Numbered from the stretch's first letter, positions 17,440 through 26,157 are shown. The stretch is 50,792 nt of DNA from Minisyncoccota bacterium (GCA_041664585.1 JBAYKL010000001.1:70592-121383); one strand, 5' to 3'. Notes: generated by a model not told the origin, from the sequence alone. Program-made: numbers and translations.

Positions 17440-18414
17440 TTATGAACTACGATGTCCTTTTACAAGAACAGAAGCAATTGATTTACTTATTGGTAAACCT
17501 AGAATTCTTTCAATCCAGAGCCATTGACCATTAGGATTAATTTCTAAAAATATATATCCTAATTTTTTATTAAATATCAGATCAATAGCACCGAAAGACA
17601 GGCCGAGATTTTTGACTAAACCCAAACACTTATCAGAAATGTCCTTGGGTAAAGTCTCAATTTCGTGACGAAGCAATGTAGGATCTCGTCTCCAGTCTAT
17701 CTCAGTTACTGAAGAATTCTGTGAAAATATTTTCTCAGCAAAAATCTGATCGCCAACAACTGTAACACGCACCTCGTAAACCTTTTCTATATATTCTTGA
17801 AATAAACAAGGTGCAATAGTTATCTGACTCAGATCTTGTAGGTGTTTTTCTTCAACGATATTTGTAAAAAACACATGAAAGTCATCAATGGTTTTCCCTT
17901 TCTTTTTTGGCTGATGAAGAACTTTATAAATAACCCTTTTGTGTTTTTCCACAAAAGCAGCTACATCGTTCGGGCTGTTTGTAACGAGAAAATTTGGAAT
18001 TTGAAACCCCATATTTCTCGCAAAGTTAAGCTGAAAAATTTTATTTCCAGCAACCCTATTAAGAAAGGGGTGGTTTAAGAAAAAAACCTTTTCTCTTAAA
18101 CTCAACCAAATACCATCCCACGTTTCCCGTTCTTCACCTTCAGCAAACTCTTTTTGCCAAGGTACAGACACATCGTCTCCCCCAGATTTAAATACTGGAC
18201 GACGATACCATATACTTGATACATCTTCAAAAGACATGGTGTCTTTATTGCCGTTGACAATATTAATGCCACCACTATCAACAACAACAGAAAACTTTTC
18301 CCCATTTTCTTTTATATCAAGTATAACTGGGCAACCCCCCATTAATTTTATCTGTTCTACTACCGGATGCACATGTTGATCAATCTCCGCCGATAATATA
18401 ATAATATTTTTCAT
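17440..18414 (-). CDS. RiPP ATP-grasp maturase (MdnB/MdnC / MvdD family)
   Basis: 324 aa. Blocks VSSIWYRR, NKIFQLNFARNMGFQIP, FQEYIEKVYEVRVTVVGDQIF, DWR and FGAIDLIF..YIFLEINPNGQWLWIE match my recollection of the microviridin ligases. AGGTGG lies 5 nt before ATG at comp. 18412-18414; the track start is GTG. Confidence 0.85.
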   Translation of the reverse strand: MKNIIILSAEIDQHVHPVVEQIKLMGGCPVILDIKENGEKFSVVVDSGGINIVNGNKDTMSFEDVSSIWYRRPVFKSGGDDVSVPWQKEFAEGEERETWDGIWLSLREKVFFLNHPFLNRVAGNKIFQLNFARNMGFQIPNFLVTNSPNDVAAFVEKHKRVIYKVLHQPKKKGKTIDDFHVFFTNIVEEKHLQDLSQITIAPCLFQEYIEKVYEVRVTVVGDQIFAEKIFSQNSSVTEIDWRRDPTLLRHEIETLPKDISDKCLGLVKNLGLSFGAIDLIFNKKLGYIFLEINPNGQWLWIERILGLPISKSIASVLVKGHRSS

Positions 18415-18597
18415 ATCAACCACCTTCTTGTTAAAGACCTCGTTATCCCAACACCATGTTGGAATTTCTGCATTAATGGTCGCACAGACTTGATTTTAAG
18501 TCAAAACAGTTGTAAACAGATAGTTTTTTGCTAAAAATTATTAAAAACTAGCTGGCACATTGTTTTAAAAGGTTTTTTGTATTATGATTTATATGTA

Positions 18598-19899
18598 ATG
18601 AATATTTTGTTTATATCAAGAGAGTGTATAGCTGGTAACCTAGCTATTTTGCTTAAAAAAGAAGGACATAATGTAAAACTTTTTATTAATGCTAAACATG
18701 ATAGGCAAAATTTTGATAACCTCGTAGAAAAAACAAACTCCTGGAGAAAAGAGCTGAATTGGGTAGGAAAAGAAGGTTTAATTGTATTTGATGACGTTGG
18801 ATATGGAAAAACACAAGACTCACTTAGAAAAAAAGGTTACAAAGTATTTGGTGGATGTGAGCTTGGCGATAAATTAGAAAAAGATCGTGAATTTGGACAA
18901 GAAATATTTAAGAAATACGGATTAAAAACAGTTGAGCTTAAGGATTTCCACGACATCGAAGATGCCATACATTTTATAAAGAAAAATCCAAAAAAATGGG
19001 TTATAAAATGTAACGACCATAGCAGTAAATTTCTTACCTATGTTGGAGAATATGAATGCGGAAAGGATACTATTAGCGTTTTGAAAAATTATTTTAATAA
19101 TAGACACATAAAGAGAGACAGGATAACTTTACATGAGAGAATCGAGGGTATAGAAATGGGAGTCGGAAGATACTTTAATGGTAAAGATTGGGTTGGACCT
19201 ATTGAAATAAATTTTGAACACACAAAAATGTTCCCGGATGATGTTGGTCCCATTACAAGCGAAATGGGTACATTAGCTTGGTATGAGGAAGATGAAAGCA
19301 ACAAACTTTTCGTTGAAGTACTCGAAAGACTTAAACCATATTTGCAAGAAATAAACTTCAGGGGAGATTTCGAAGTAAATTGTATCGTAAATGAAAAAGG
19401 ATGCTTCCCTCTTGAAGCCACAGCCAGATTAGGCACACCGATAATTCACTTACACAGTGAACTACATACATCTCCATGGGGTGAATTTATGTATGCAATT
19501 GCTAATGGAGATAAATACGATTTAAAATACAAGAAAGGTTTTGGAATCGTAAACTTAATTGCAACTCCTCCATTTCCTTACGGAAAAAAGCATAGCAAAG
19601 AAACTCTGTATGGAATCAATATATATTTAGATAAGCTTACAAATAATGAGCTCGAGAGTTTCCATTTTGAAGGAATATCTATGAGAGTTGGTAAACATGA
19701 CGGACAATATTTCATTTCTACAGATGAAGGCTATATTGCATATACGACATCAGTAGCTAGTACAGTAGAAAAAGCTAGACAAAACAGTTTGGATATCATT
19801 AAAAAAACAGTTATACCAAAATCCTTCTACAGAAACGACATTGGAAAAGATTTCGAAAAAAGACTTCCAGATCTTAGAAAATGGGGATATATAAAATAA
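18598..19899 (+). CDS. PurD-like ATP-grasp protein (divergent phosphoribosylamine-glycine ligase family)
   Basis: The order of blocks matches PurD: EHTKMFPDDVGPITSEMGT (cf. HKR..D.D.GPNTGGMG), LEATARLGTPI (cf. EFNCRFGDPE), and C-terminal FYRNDIG. The N-terminal GGREHA motif is absent. ATG at 18598; the track start is TTG. Confidence 0.6.
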   Translation: MNILFISRECIAGNLAILLKKEGHNVKLFINAKHDRQNFDNLVEKTNSWRKELNWVGKEGLIVFDDVGYGKTQDSLRKKGYKVFGGCELGDKLEKDREFGQEIFKKYGLKTVELKDFHDIEDAIHFIKKNPKKWVIKCNDHSSKFLTYVGEYECGKDTISVLKNYFNNRHIKRDRITLHERIEGIEMGVGRYFNGKDWVGPIEINFEHTKMFPDDVGPITSEMGTLAWYEEDESNKLFVEVLERLKPYLQEINFRGDFEVNCIVNEKGCFPLEATARLGTPIIHLHSELHTSPWGEFMYAIANGDKYDLKYKKGFGIVNLIATPPFPYGKKHSKETLYGINIYLDKLTNNELESFHFEGISMRVGKHDGQYFISTDEGYIAYTTSVASTVEKARQNSLDIIKKTVIPKSFYRNDIGKDFEKRLPDLRKWGYIK

Positions 19900-19905
19900 A
19901 CATAT

Positions 19906-19937
19906 AAAAACAACCCTTATAATAAGGGTTGTTTTTA
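19906..19937. terminator. bidirectional Rho-independent terminator
   Basis: Stem aacaaccctta (19909-19919) pairs with taagggttgtt (19923-19933). Flanked by an A-run and a T-run, between convergent genes. Confidence 0.65.
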
Positions 19938-20408
19938 TATGTTTTCTAAAGTTGAACTAGCTATAGTCGTAGTTGCCTCCAAAACTTCAGGAGCTGGCTT
20001 TTCTGAACACACTTCCCCTTCAGATAGATTCTCTGGATCACAATATGTGTATGAACAATCTTCTTCATTTTCTAAACAAGAGAGTTCTTCATTGCAACCA
20101 AGCTTTTCTGAAGTCTTTTCACATTCATAAATACTAACAGCTTTTTTGCTGATCATTTTATAATCATAAGGTTCTTCTGCAGGTGCTGACAAACATTCTG
20201 TATCATCTGTAGCGCAAGGTTCTGGTGCATAATAGAAACAAGCTTCTGTAGCAGGATCACAAGAAGTTTCTGCAACGATTTGATAATCTTTCAAAATAAC
20301 AATTCTATAGAAAGTAAAACCAACTGAGCCAAGAATAAGCAAAGCAAAAACAATATAAAAAATCCTATTCCCCCAAATATTCTTTTTATTATTCCCTTCT
20401 TCGTTCAT
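19935..20408 (-). CDS. hypothetical membrane-anchored, acidic, Cys-rich exported protein
   Basis: One N-terminal TM segment (IFYIVFALLILGSVGFTFYRIVIL), followed by a ~115-aa Glu/Asp/Cys-rich ectodomain. Confidence 0.5.
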   Translation of the reverse strand: MNEEGNNKKNIWGNRIFYIVFALLILGSVGFTFYRIVILKDYQIVAETSCDPATEACFYYAPEPCATDDTECLSAPAEEPYDYKMISKKAVSIYECEKTSEKLGCNEELSCLENEEDCSYTYCDPENLSEGEVCSEKPAPEVLEATTTIASSTLENI

Positions 20409-20573
20409 AGATATATTATATATTGTTTTGAAATGAATGCAAAAACACTTATCCCTTTATTTTTAAGGTGTTTTTAATTTTATAAATGAATATCTTATAA
20501 CTTTTTTACACTTAATATAAAACACTGCCATGACTAGCACAGCAGTGTTACGCTTCCTCTTATGAGATGAGTA

Positions 20574-20906
20574 CTATAATTTCTCAATCGACATCTCTGG
20601 TAAACCGATACTACACACCTTCAATTTGACAGGCGCCCCATCTTTCTGAGCGCTAACCACAATGGAATCAAGCGCTGGAAGAAAAGGCACGCCACTGCTA
20701 TGGCTTCTAGCTGGTGCAGTGATATAGTTGCTATCAATAACTTTAATGTCACTGTACCCTTCATTCTGAAGGAGCAAAATTGCTGCCGTATCCGTGCCTA
20801 CGCCTTGTTTACCAAGACAGTACACTGACGCCAGAAGAATGACAACAACAAATAACTTACCAGCCAGAACTAACTTTTTCATCTTCTTTCTTTCTAACTT
20901 TCTCAT
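20574..20906 (-). CDS. hypothetical small membrane-anchored/secreted protein
   Basis: GGAGG (comp. 20913-20917) lies 6 nt before ATG at comp. 20904-20906. Basic N-terminus plus a hydrophobic segment (LFVVVILLASVYC). High G+C relative to the flanks. Confidence 0.5.
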   Translation of the reverse strand: MRKLERKKMKKLVLAGKLFVVVILLASVYCLGKQGVGTDTAAILLLQNEGYSDIKVIDSNYITAPARSHSSGVPFLPALDSIVVSAQKDGAPVKLKVCSIGLPEMSIEKL

Positions 20907-21053
20907 AATCTTCCTCCCTATTTTTTTACGAGAACACACCTACCTAAGGATACAATAAAAGCATAATTTCTTCAATCTAATGTAGTAATGTCCAAATACA
21001 TTTAGCACTTTTTAGTAGCGTTAATAAATGTGTATAAACATTACTCACTGGCA

Positions 21054-21082
21054 TTGACACAACATATATAATAATATATTGT
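21054..21082 (+). promoter_or_regulatory. candidate sigma70-type promoter for the RlmN/Cfr-like gene
   Basis: TTGACA at 21054-21059, followed by AT-rich -10-like hexamers (tatatt) 15-17 nt downstream. Confidence 0.3.
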
Positions 21083-21113
21083 ATGTTTAGTAAAGAGATC
21101 TTTGAAAGGAGAC

Positions 21114-22028
21114 ATGAAAATGAAGATTGTAAGATTAAAATGTTTTTCCTACTCAGACACGGAAAAGACTGAGTGGGAAAGTGCCCTTTTTCATCCAATT
21201 AAAGACTACAAATTTTCTGTGATGACAAAGGATGGTTTAACAATTGAGTGCGCTACATTTGAACTAATAGAGGGTGGCAAACACGAAGTGCACGCTTGCG
21301 TATCCTCTCAGGCTGGGTGTAAGTTTGGATGTAAGTTTTGTACTTCGGGTAAACACGGTTTTGTTAGAAACTTGAGTGCAGAAGAGATAGAAGAACAAAT
21401 ACATCTAATGGCAAAACACTTTGGCATACAAAGTTTTGACCATGTGGTGTATATGGGAATAGGAGAACCATTGGATAATCTTGAAAATGTAGGGCAAAGT
21501 ATTAGCTCTATAGTCAAAGCCAACCCATGGTACTCTGGTAAGATATCTTTATGCACCGCTGGGGTAACAGATAGTTTTAACCGCTTACTTGAGCTCAAGC
21601 TACCTCTGCGATACATGTGGTTATCTTTACATGCAGCGACTGACAATAAACGTCGTTTGATAATGCCGATCGCAAAATTAAACGGCATCGACCAATTAAT
21701 TAATACTGTGGGTGATTTTTCAGATAAATCTGGAATACCAACATGTGTTAATTACATGATACTGCATGGGTTTAATGACCTAGATGAAGATGTGATATCA
21801 CTCACTAAACTACTGGGTCAAACCACTAGCAGATTAAAATTAATGATAACCATTCCTAATGGAAGTATTGAGGGTTACAAATCTGGAACAAAAGAGGATA
21901 CAAAAAACTTCCAACAAAGACTTGTTGAAGCTGGGATAAAAAATCGGATTGTCCGTTTTTTGTCTGCGGGTAGACCAGTCAATGCTGGGTGTGGCGAACT
22001 TATCTTCATACCACAAAATCACAAGTAG
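21114..22028 (+). CDS. RlmN/Cfr-family radical SAM rRNA/tRNA adenine methyltransferase, lacking the N-terminal accessory domain
   Basis: ACVSSQAGCKFGCKFCTSGKHGFVRNL (C-X3-C-X2-C plus the upstream mechanistic Cys), YMGIGEPLDNLENV, LSLHAATD, and C-terminal NAGCGEL (second mechanistic Cys). The start is ATG 21114 or 21120; the track start is TTG. Confidence 0.8.
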   Translation: MKMKIVRLKCFSYSDTEKTEWESALFHPIKDYKFSVMTKDGLTIECATFELIEGGKHEVHACVSSQAGCKFGCKFCTSGKHGFVRNLSAEEIEEQIHLMAKHFGIQSFDHVVYMGIGEPLDNLENVGQSISSIVKANPWYSGKISLCTAGVTDSFNRLLELKLPLRYMWLSLHAATDNKRRLIMPIAKLNGIDQLINTVGDFSDKSGIPTCVNYMILHGFNDLDEDVISLTKLLGQTTSRLKLMITIPNGSIEGYKSGTKEDTKNFQQRLVEAGIKNRIVRFLSAGRPVNAGCGELIFIPQNHK

Positions 22029-22057
22029 ATTGGATAATTCTTGTCTGATTGTGATTC

Positions 22058-22088
22058 GCACCAGGGTTAAAACCCTGGTGTTTTTTAT
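22058..22088 (+). terminator. Rho-independent terminator
   Basis: caccaggg (22059-22066) pairs with ccctggtg (22073-22080), followed by tttttt (22081-22086). Confidence 0.7.
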
Positions 22089-22125
22089 TTGAAACGACAA
22101 ACCCAACTGAATAAAATAATCTATT

Positions 22126-23244
22126 TTAAGGATAGGTAATGTTATTTTTTAGTCTTGGATAAATAATGGCGTCTCTTATATTATCGCGACAAAGTGCCCA
22201 AGTAATAAGTCTCTCTACTCCAAGCCCAAAACCTGATGTTATTTGATAGTTCGGCAATTTACGTAGATCAATATACCAATCATAAGATTTTGAAGGTATG
22301 TTTTGCCTTTTAAGTGACTCAAGCATTTCTTGGTCATTATCTTGACGCTGACCACAACCAACAATCTCACCACCAAATGATCCGTCAATCAGAGGGGGAA
22401 ATATTAAATCAGCATTTATGGCCTTGTCCTTATTGTAAGAATCTGGTTTTTGATAAAAAGGAACTCTATCTCTATCATAATTTTTAATCCAAAGTGGTAT
22501 TTTCAAACCCAATATCTTCATAACCTCGATCTCTCCCCCAGAACTTATATCCCTACCAGACTCTGTAACTCTAACTAAATCACCCTTACCATTTTTTAAA
22601 AGAAGATCAACAGCCTCATCAAAAGTTATCTGAGGAAACTCTTTAGCTATAGAGATATTTCTAAAAGCGTCAAGAGAAACTTTAGAATCTAAACTAAGAC
22701 ACTTGATTATGTTCGGCATAGATAAAAATAGTTTGGACACTGTTTTTATATAACCCTCTATTATTGGTAACAATTTATTAATATCGCCTTTTATTTCGGC
22801 TTCACAGTGGAAAAACTGATTAAGATGTCTTTTGTCTGGATTTTCACCCCTCATCGAAGGTAAATAACAATATACTATGTCTAGACCATTCATTAATAAC
22901 GGCTCAAATCCAAACTGAGAAGAATCAACCAAAAAAGAATCTACTTCACCAAATTTTATAGGGATAACCTCCGAATCAGAACCTGGGCCCATAGGGGAAG
23001 ATACGCTAGATGTAATCATAAAAAGATCCACATTCTTTGCTTTGTTTTCTACCCCAAAATAATAATCAGAAATGACTTTAAAATAATGTCTCAATACTAT
23101 AAGTGCCTGAAAATACTTACTTCTTGTTAATTCCTTATAATGAGTGCTGGAGTTATATTCAGGTAATAAAAAATCTTCTTTTAATTTTTTATTAAATATT
23201 TTATCATCATTCTTAATTTGTTTTAATATATTTTTATTTATCAT
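22126..23244 (-). CDS. AsnRS/AspRS-like class IIb catalytic-core paralog without anticodon-binding domain (archaeal-type AsnA-like candidate)
   Basis: PSMRGENPDKRHLNQFFHCEAEI (motif 2), PLWIKNYDRDRVPFYQKP, DLIF..GGEIVGCGQRQ, YDWYIDLRKL, and GFGLGVERLITWAL (motif 3). No N-terminal OB fold. Confidence 0.7.
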   Translation of the reverse strand: MINKNILKQIKNDDKIFNKKLKEDFLLPEYNSSTHYKELTRSKYFQALIVLRHYFKVISDYYFGVENKAKNVDLFMITSSVSSPMGPGSDSEVIPIKFGEVDSFLVDSSQFGFEPLLMNGLDIVYCYLPSMRGENPDKRHLNQFFHCEAEIKGDINKLLPIIEGYIKTVSKLFLSMPNIIKCLSLDSKVSLDAFRNISIAKEFPQITFDEAVDLLLKNGKGDLVRVTESGRDISSGGEIEVMKILGLKIPLWIKNYDRDRVPFYQKPDSYNKDKAINADLIFPPLIDGSFGGEIVGCGQRQDNDQEMLESLKRQNIPSKSYDWYIDLRKLPNYQITSGFGLGVERLITWALCRDNIRDAIIYPRLKNNITYP

Positions 23245-23699
23245 TTTTTATAATCTATTTTAGACACACGACGGCAGTATCTTTTTTTATTTAAAAATTT
23301 TGTTTTTAAAAACAAATCAATTATATCAAACAAATCTTTCTTATCAATAAAACGTGATGCGATTGCCAAAGAATTAATGTCGTCATGCTCCCTATAATTT
23401 TTAACTATATTCTTATTACCTCCATACCAAATACCGCAACGAATTCTTTTGTATCTATTTAAAACAATTGATTCCCCCATACCTGAGCCACCAAAAATTA
23501 GAGCTCTGTTATTAATATTTTTAGAAAATTTGGATGCAAGCGGATGGAAAAAATCTGGAAAATCATCATCTTTATCATAAGATAACGCACCAAAATCTAG
23601 AACAGAGTAGCCACTATTAACTAAATATTTTTTAACTTTCTCTTTTAAATAAAATCCAGCGTGGTCTGCTCCTAAATAAATTATTATTTTTTTATCCAT
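23241..23699 (-). CDS. RpiB/LacA/LacB-family sugar-phosphate isomerase
   Basis: IIIYLGADHAGFYLKEKVKKYL and FGGSGMGESIVLNRY resemble ribose-5-phosphate isomerase B. ATGA overlap with the downstream gene. Confidence 0.7.
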   Translation of the reverse strand: MDKKIIIYLGADHAGFYLKEKVKKYLVNSGYSVLDFGALSYDKDDDFPDFFHPLASKFSKNINNRALIFGGSGMGESIVLNRYKRIRCGIWYGGNKNIVKNYREHDDINSLAIASRFIDKKDLFDIIDLFLKTKFLNKKRYCRRVSKIDYKK

Positions 23700-23710
23700 T
23701 GTATAAAAGA

Positions 23711-24916
23711 TTATTTTTTAAAATTATTTAATACTAATTCTAGACCAAAACAGCTACCAAAAAATCTTTCTTTCGTATCTGATGTTAGTTTAGAAACCCA
23801 ATCAGATGACCCGCCGTCGGCCAAACTCATCTCTTGACCTTCTGGATTAGTCCCTTTTATTTTAAAACAAACTCCGTTGTAATAGCCAACCCCAGCAGGT
23901 CTAGATAAGTCATACATGAAATCAATATTGGGAAACTTACCTCTTAATACAGAAATATAATTTGCATCTAATCTTTTTAATGTATTGATAGAAGTAATAA
24001 TATCCCTATTCGACCCATCATACTTAACATCTTTAATTGACTTTACCTTACCAGGTAATCCAACATTTACCGTCTCAAACATTTCTAGACTTTTCCCTCT
24101 TATATTATCCGTTATAATATTCCTATCAAAAACACCAGAATTAACAAGACTCTCTACTATTTTAATATCAGAAAGATAAACTTTTATGTTTTTTATTTCA
24201 AAACCTAGGTTATCCATTTTCCCTAAAATACCTAACCAGTAATCTAAATGTGTGTGCATCGCCTGTTCCTCAAAACCCTGTTGCCCTATATTCCTTCCAG
24301 AAGAAGTTAGATTGAAAGCAGAAAAATGCTGACAAAGATGTTTCTGGTAAAATTTTTGAAGTCTTAATACCCTACACGAATTAGCCAATTTTATATCACC
24401 GATATCTTTTCTTTCAGAAGTCTCCCAGCGACTATCCTCCATTTTTCTCCTTGCAGATTCTAATGACATAGAAATAGTTGAGTCACTAACAACCTCGGTA
24501 CTTCTTATGGTTTGTAATGCAGTTTTTGAGTTTATGTTTGTTAAAACACTACTTGAACCAACTGGAACAATAGGAGAAATTTCAACTAGGTCAAAGCCTT
24601 CTGGAAGATTACTCATTAAAAACAATTCTACTCTTTTAAGCTCTACTACATCTATCTTTGATGGTACAGTAAACCTATTTCCATTATAATTTTCCATTAA
24701 ATCTCTAGGTGTTAATTTCCCAATCCTTTTATTACAAATTCCCATTAACACACTACCCAATTCAGAAGAATTCAACTTCTCGGTCATCACATTGGAAAAT
24801 TTATCCGACTGGTCTCCCAAGTACTTTCTAACAAAATCGATTCCCTCTTCATCTTCTTTCACGATATTATTGGGTGATTTTAAATTATCGTCCTCTGATG
24901 AGTATGGGCGGGTCAT
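23711..24916 (-). CDS. HisRS/HisZ-like class II aaRS-fold paralog (degenerate motifs, no anticodon-binding domain)
   Basis: GVGYYNGVCFKI (cf. HisRS GLDYYTGxVFE) and LADGGSSDWVSKL...FFGSCFGLELV (cf. GGGRYDxL...GFaxGxERl). The motif 2 region is degenerate. Confidence 0.45.
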   Translation of the reverse strand: MTRPYSSEDDNLKSPNNIVKEDEEGIDFVRKYLGDQSDKFSNVMTEKLNSSELGSVLMGICNKRIGKLTPRDLMENYNGNRFTVPSKIDVVELKRVELFLMSNLPEGFDLVEISPIVPVGSSSVLTNINSKTALQTIRSTEVVSDSTISMSLESARRKMEDSRWETSERKDIGDIKLANSCRVLRLQKFYQKHLCQHFSAFNLTSSGRNIGQQGFEEQAMHTHLDYWLGILGKMDNLGFEIKNIKVYLSDIKIVESLVNSGVFDRNIITDNIRGKSLEMFETVNVGLPGKVKSIKDVKYDGSNRDIITSINTLKRLDANYISVLRGKFPNIDFMYDLSRPAGVGYYNGVCFKIKGTNPEGQEMSLADGGSSDWVSKLTSDTKERFFGSCFGLELVLNNFKK

Positions 24917-26157
24917 ATTATTTTATATTTTATCAACTTATTAACAGTATCTATTACATTATTAATCTCATTTAAATCTTTAGAAAAAATAGAATATTCA
25001 AAAAGAGGTGTCGGTAAATCAGGATAAGTTTTTAACTCCATCCCAATTTCTGAAATTATTTTTACATTACATAAGTTTTTAATATTTTTCAGAGAATCTA
25101 AACCAGAGATTTCTTTTAAAATACCCGAATGTTTAATCTGTGGGTAAAATAATTCATGATAATTAATACCTTTAGAGAAATAGTTTAACGGTATTGAATT
25201 ACCCAGCCAACAATCGTACATTAAATTAAGCATGTCAATACCATACACTCTATCATAGGTTTCGTGTATTAAAGCTCCGGCCATTCTACCTGCAATTTCA
25301 ACCAAATAAGGTTCCCCATCCTTGATCCTAAATTCAGCATGAAATGGAGAATTTATAAAGCCAAGCGTTTCTATTATACTTTTCAAATATTTATTAATAA
25401 CTTCTTGTTCCTTCTCTGTTAGTCTTGCAGGTATATAACTTGCTACCTGTGTAAAATAAGGTTCCTTACCCATTATAAATTCAATAGAACCAATAACTGA
25501 AATTTGTCCTCCGACAACAAAACCATCTAACGATATCATCTTTCCTGGAACATACTCTTCTATAAGCATGTTTCCATGGAAACGTTTAAATGATTCTCTA
25601 TGTTCTTGATTTACAGTTGCTCTAATAGTTTCAGATATTTTTTTATAATCAAAAAAATCACTCTCAATCAACAAGACGCCGTGGCTTGACGTTCCAAAGA
25701 TTGGTTTAATTACGCAAGGTTTAGGAAAAGCTCTTAGAATTTTTTCATTGTCATCAAAAATATTAAAAATATCGAAATCAGGCTGTCTAATTTTACTTTC
25801 TCTTAGTTTCACCCTCATAGCAAGTTTGTTACTTGAAGTAACCCTTGAAGAAATCTGTCCTATACTTTTGCAACCTAACAAACTAGCGATATCAGAAGTA
25901 GCCACAACTAAATCTTCACTAAAGGTACCGACAGCATCAATTTTAAGATTATTTTTTTCACAAAAGAAAATGGTTTCTTCAGTTATTGTTTGCAGATTAA
26001 AAACATCTGTTATTAAAATATCTTCCCGAGGTAAGTATTTTAAAAACATCTCATTAAATTTATTTGCAACCATTATTATACGATAGTTTTTTTCTCGAGC
26101 CTTCTTTAAAAGAAATTCCTTTGGACTATTGTGCTCTATAATAATTATTGTTTTCAT
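24913..26157 (-). CDS. ATP-grasp carboxylate-amine ligase (L-amino-acid-ligase / D-Asp-ligase-like size class)
   Basis: PCVIKPIFGTSSHGVLLI, MLIEEYVPGKMISLDGF and HAEFRIKDGEPYLVEIAGRMAG. 414 aa. ATGA overlap with the downstream gene. Confidence 0.75.
   Translation of the reverse strand: MKTIIIIEHNSPKEFLLKKAREKNYRIIMVANKFNEMFLKYLPREDILITDVFNLQTITEETIFFCEKNNLKIDAVGTFSEDLVVATSDIASLLGCKSIGQISSRVTSSNKLAMRVKLRESKIRQPDFDIFNIFDDNEKILRAFPKPCVIKPIFGTSSHGVLLIESDFFDYKKISETIRATVNQEHRESFKRFHGNMLIEEYVPGKMISLDGFVVGGQISVIGSIEFIMGKEPYFTQVASYIPARLTEKEQEVINKYLKSIIETLGFINSPFHAEFRIKDGEPYLVEIAGRMAGALIHETYDRVYGIDMLNLMYDCWLGNSIPLNYFSKGINYHELFYPQIKHSGILKEISGLDSLKNIKNLCNVKIISEIGMELKTYPDLPTPLFEYSIFSKDLNEINNVIDTVNKLIKYKII

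Noticed and set aside
18411-18473. 20-aa upstream ORF (MQKFQHGVGITRSLTRRWLI) whose TGA overlaps the ATG of the RiPP ATP-grasp; considered as a second precursor or leader peptide
   Set aside because: It has no SD and no Thr/Ser plus Asp/Glu core. Its basic composition is unlike graspetide precursors. It is probably fortuitous, although translational coupling cannot be excluded.
20977-21198. 73-aa minus-strand ORF spanning the promoter and start region of the RlmN/Cfr-like gene
   Set aside because: It overlaps the SD and start of a well-supported gene. It is hydrophobic and low-complexity, with no SD.
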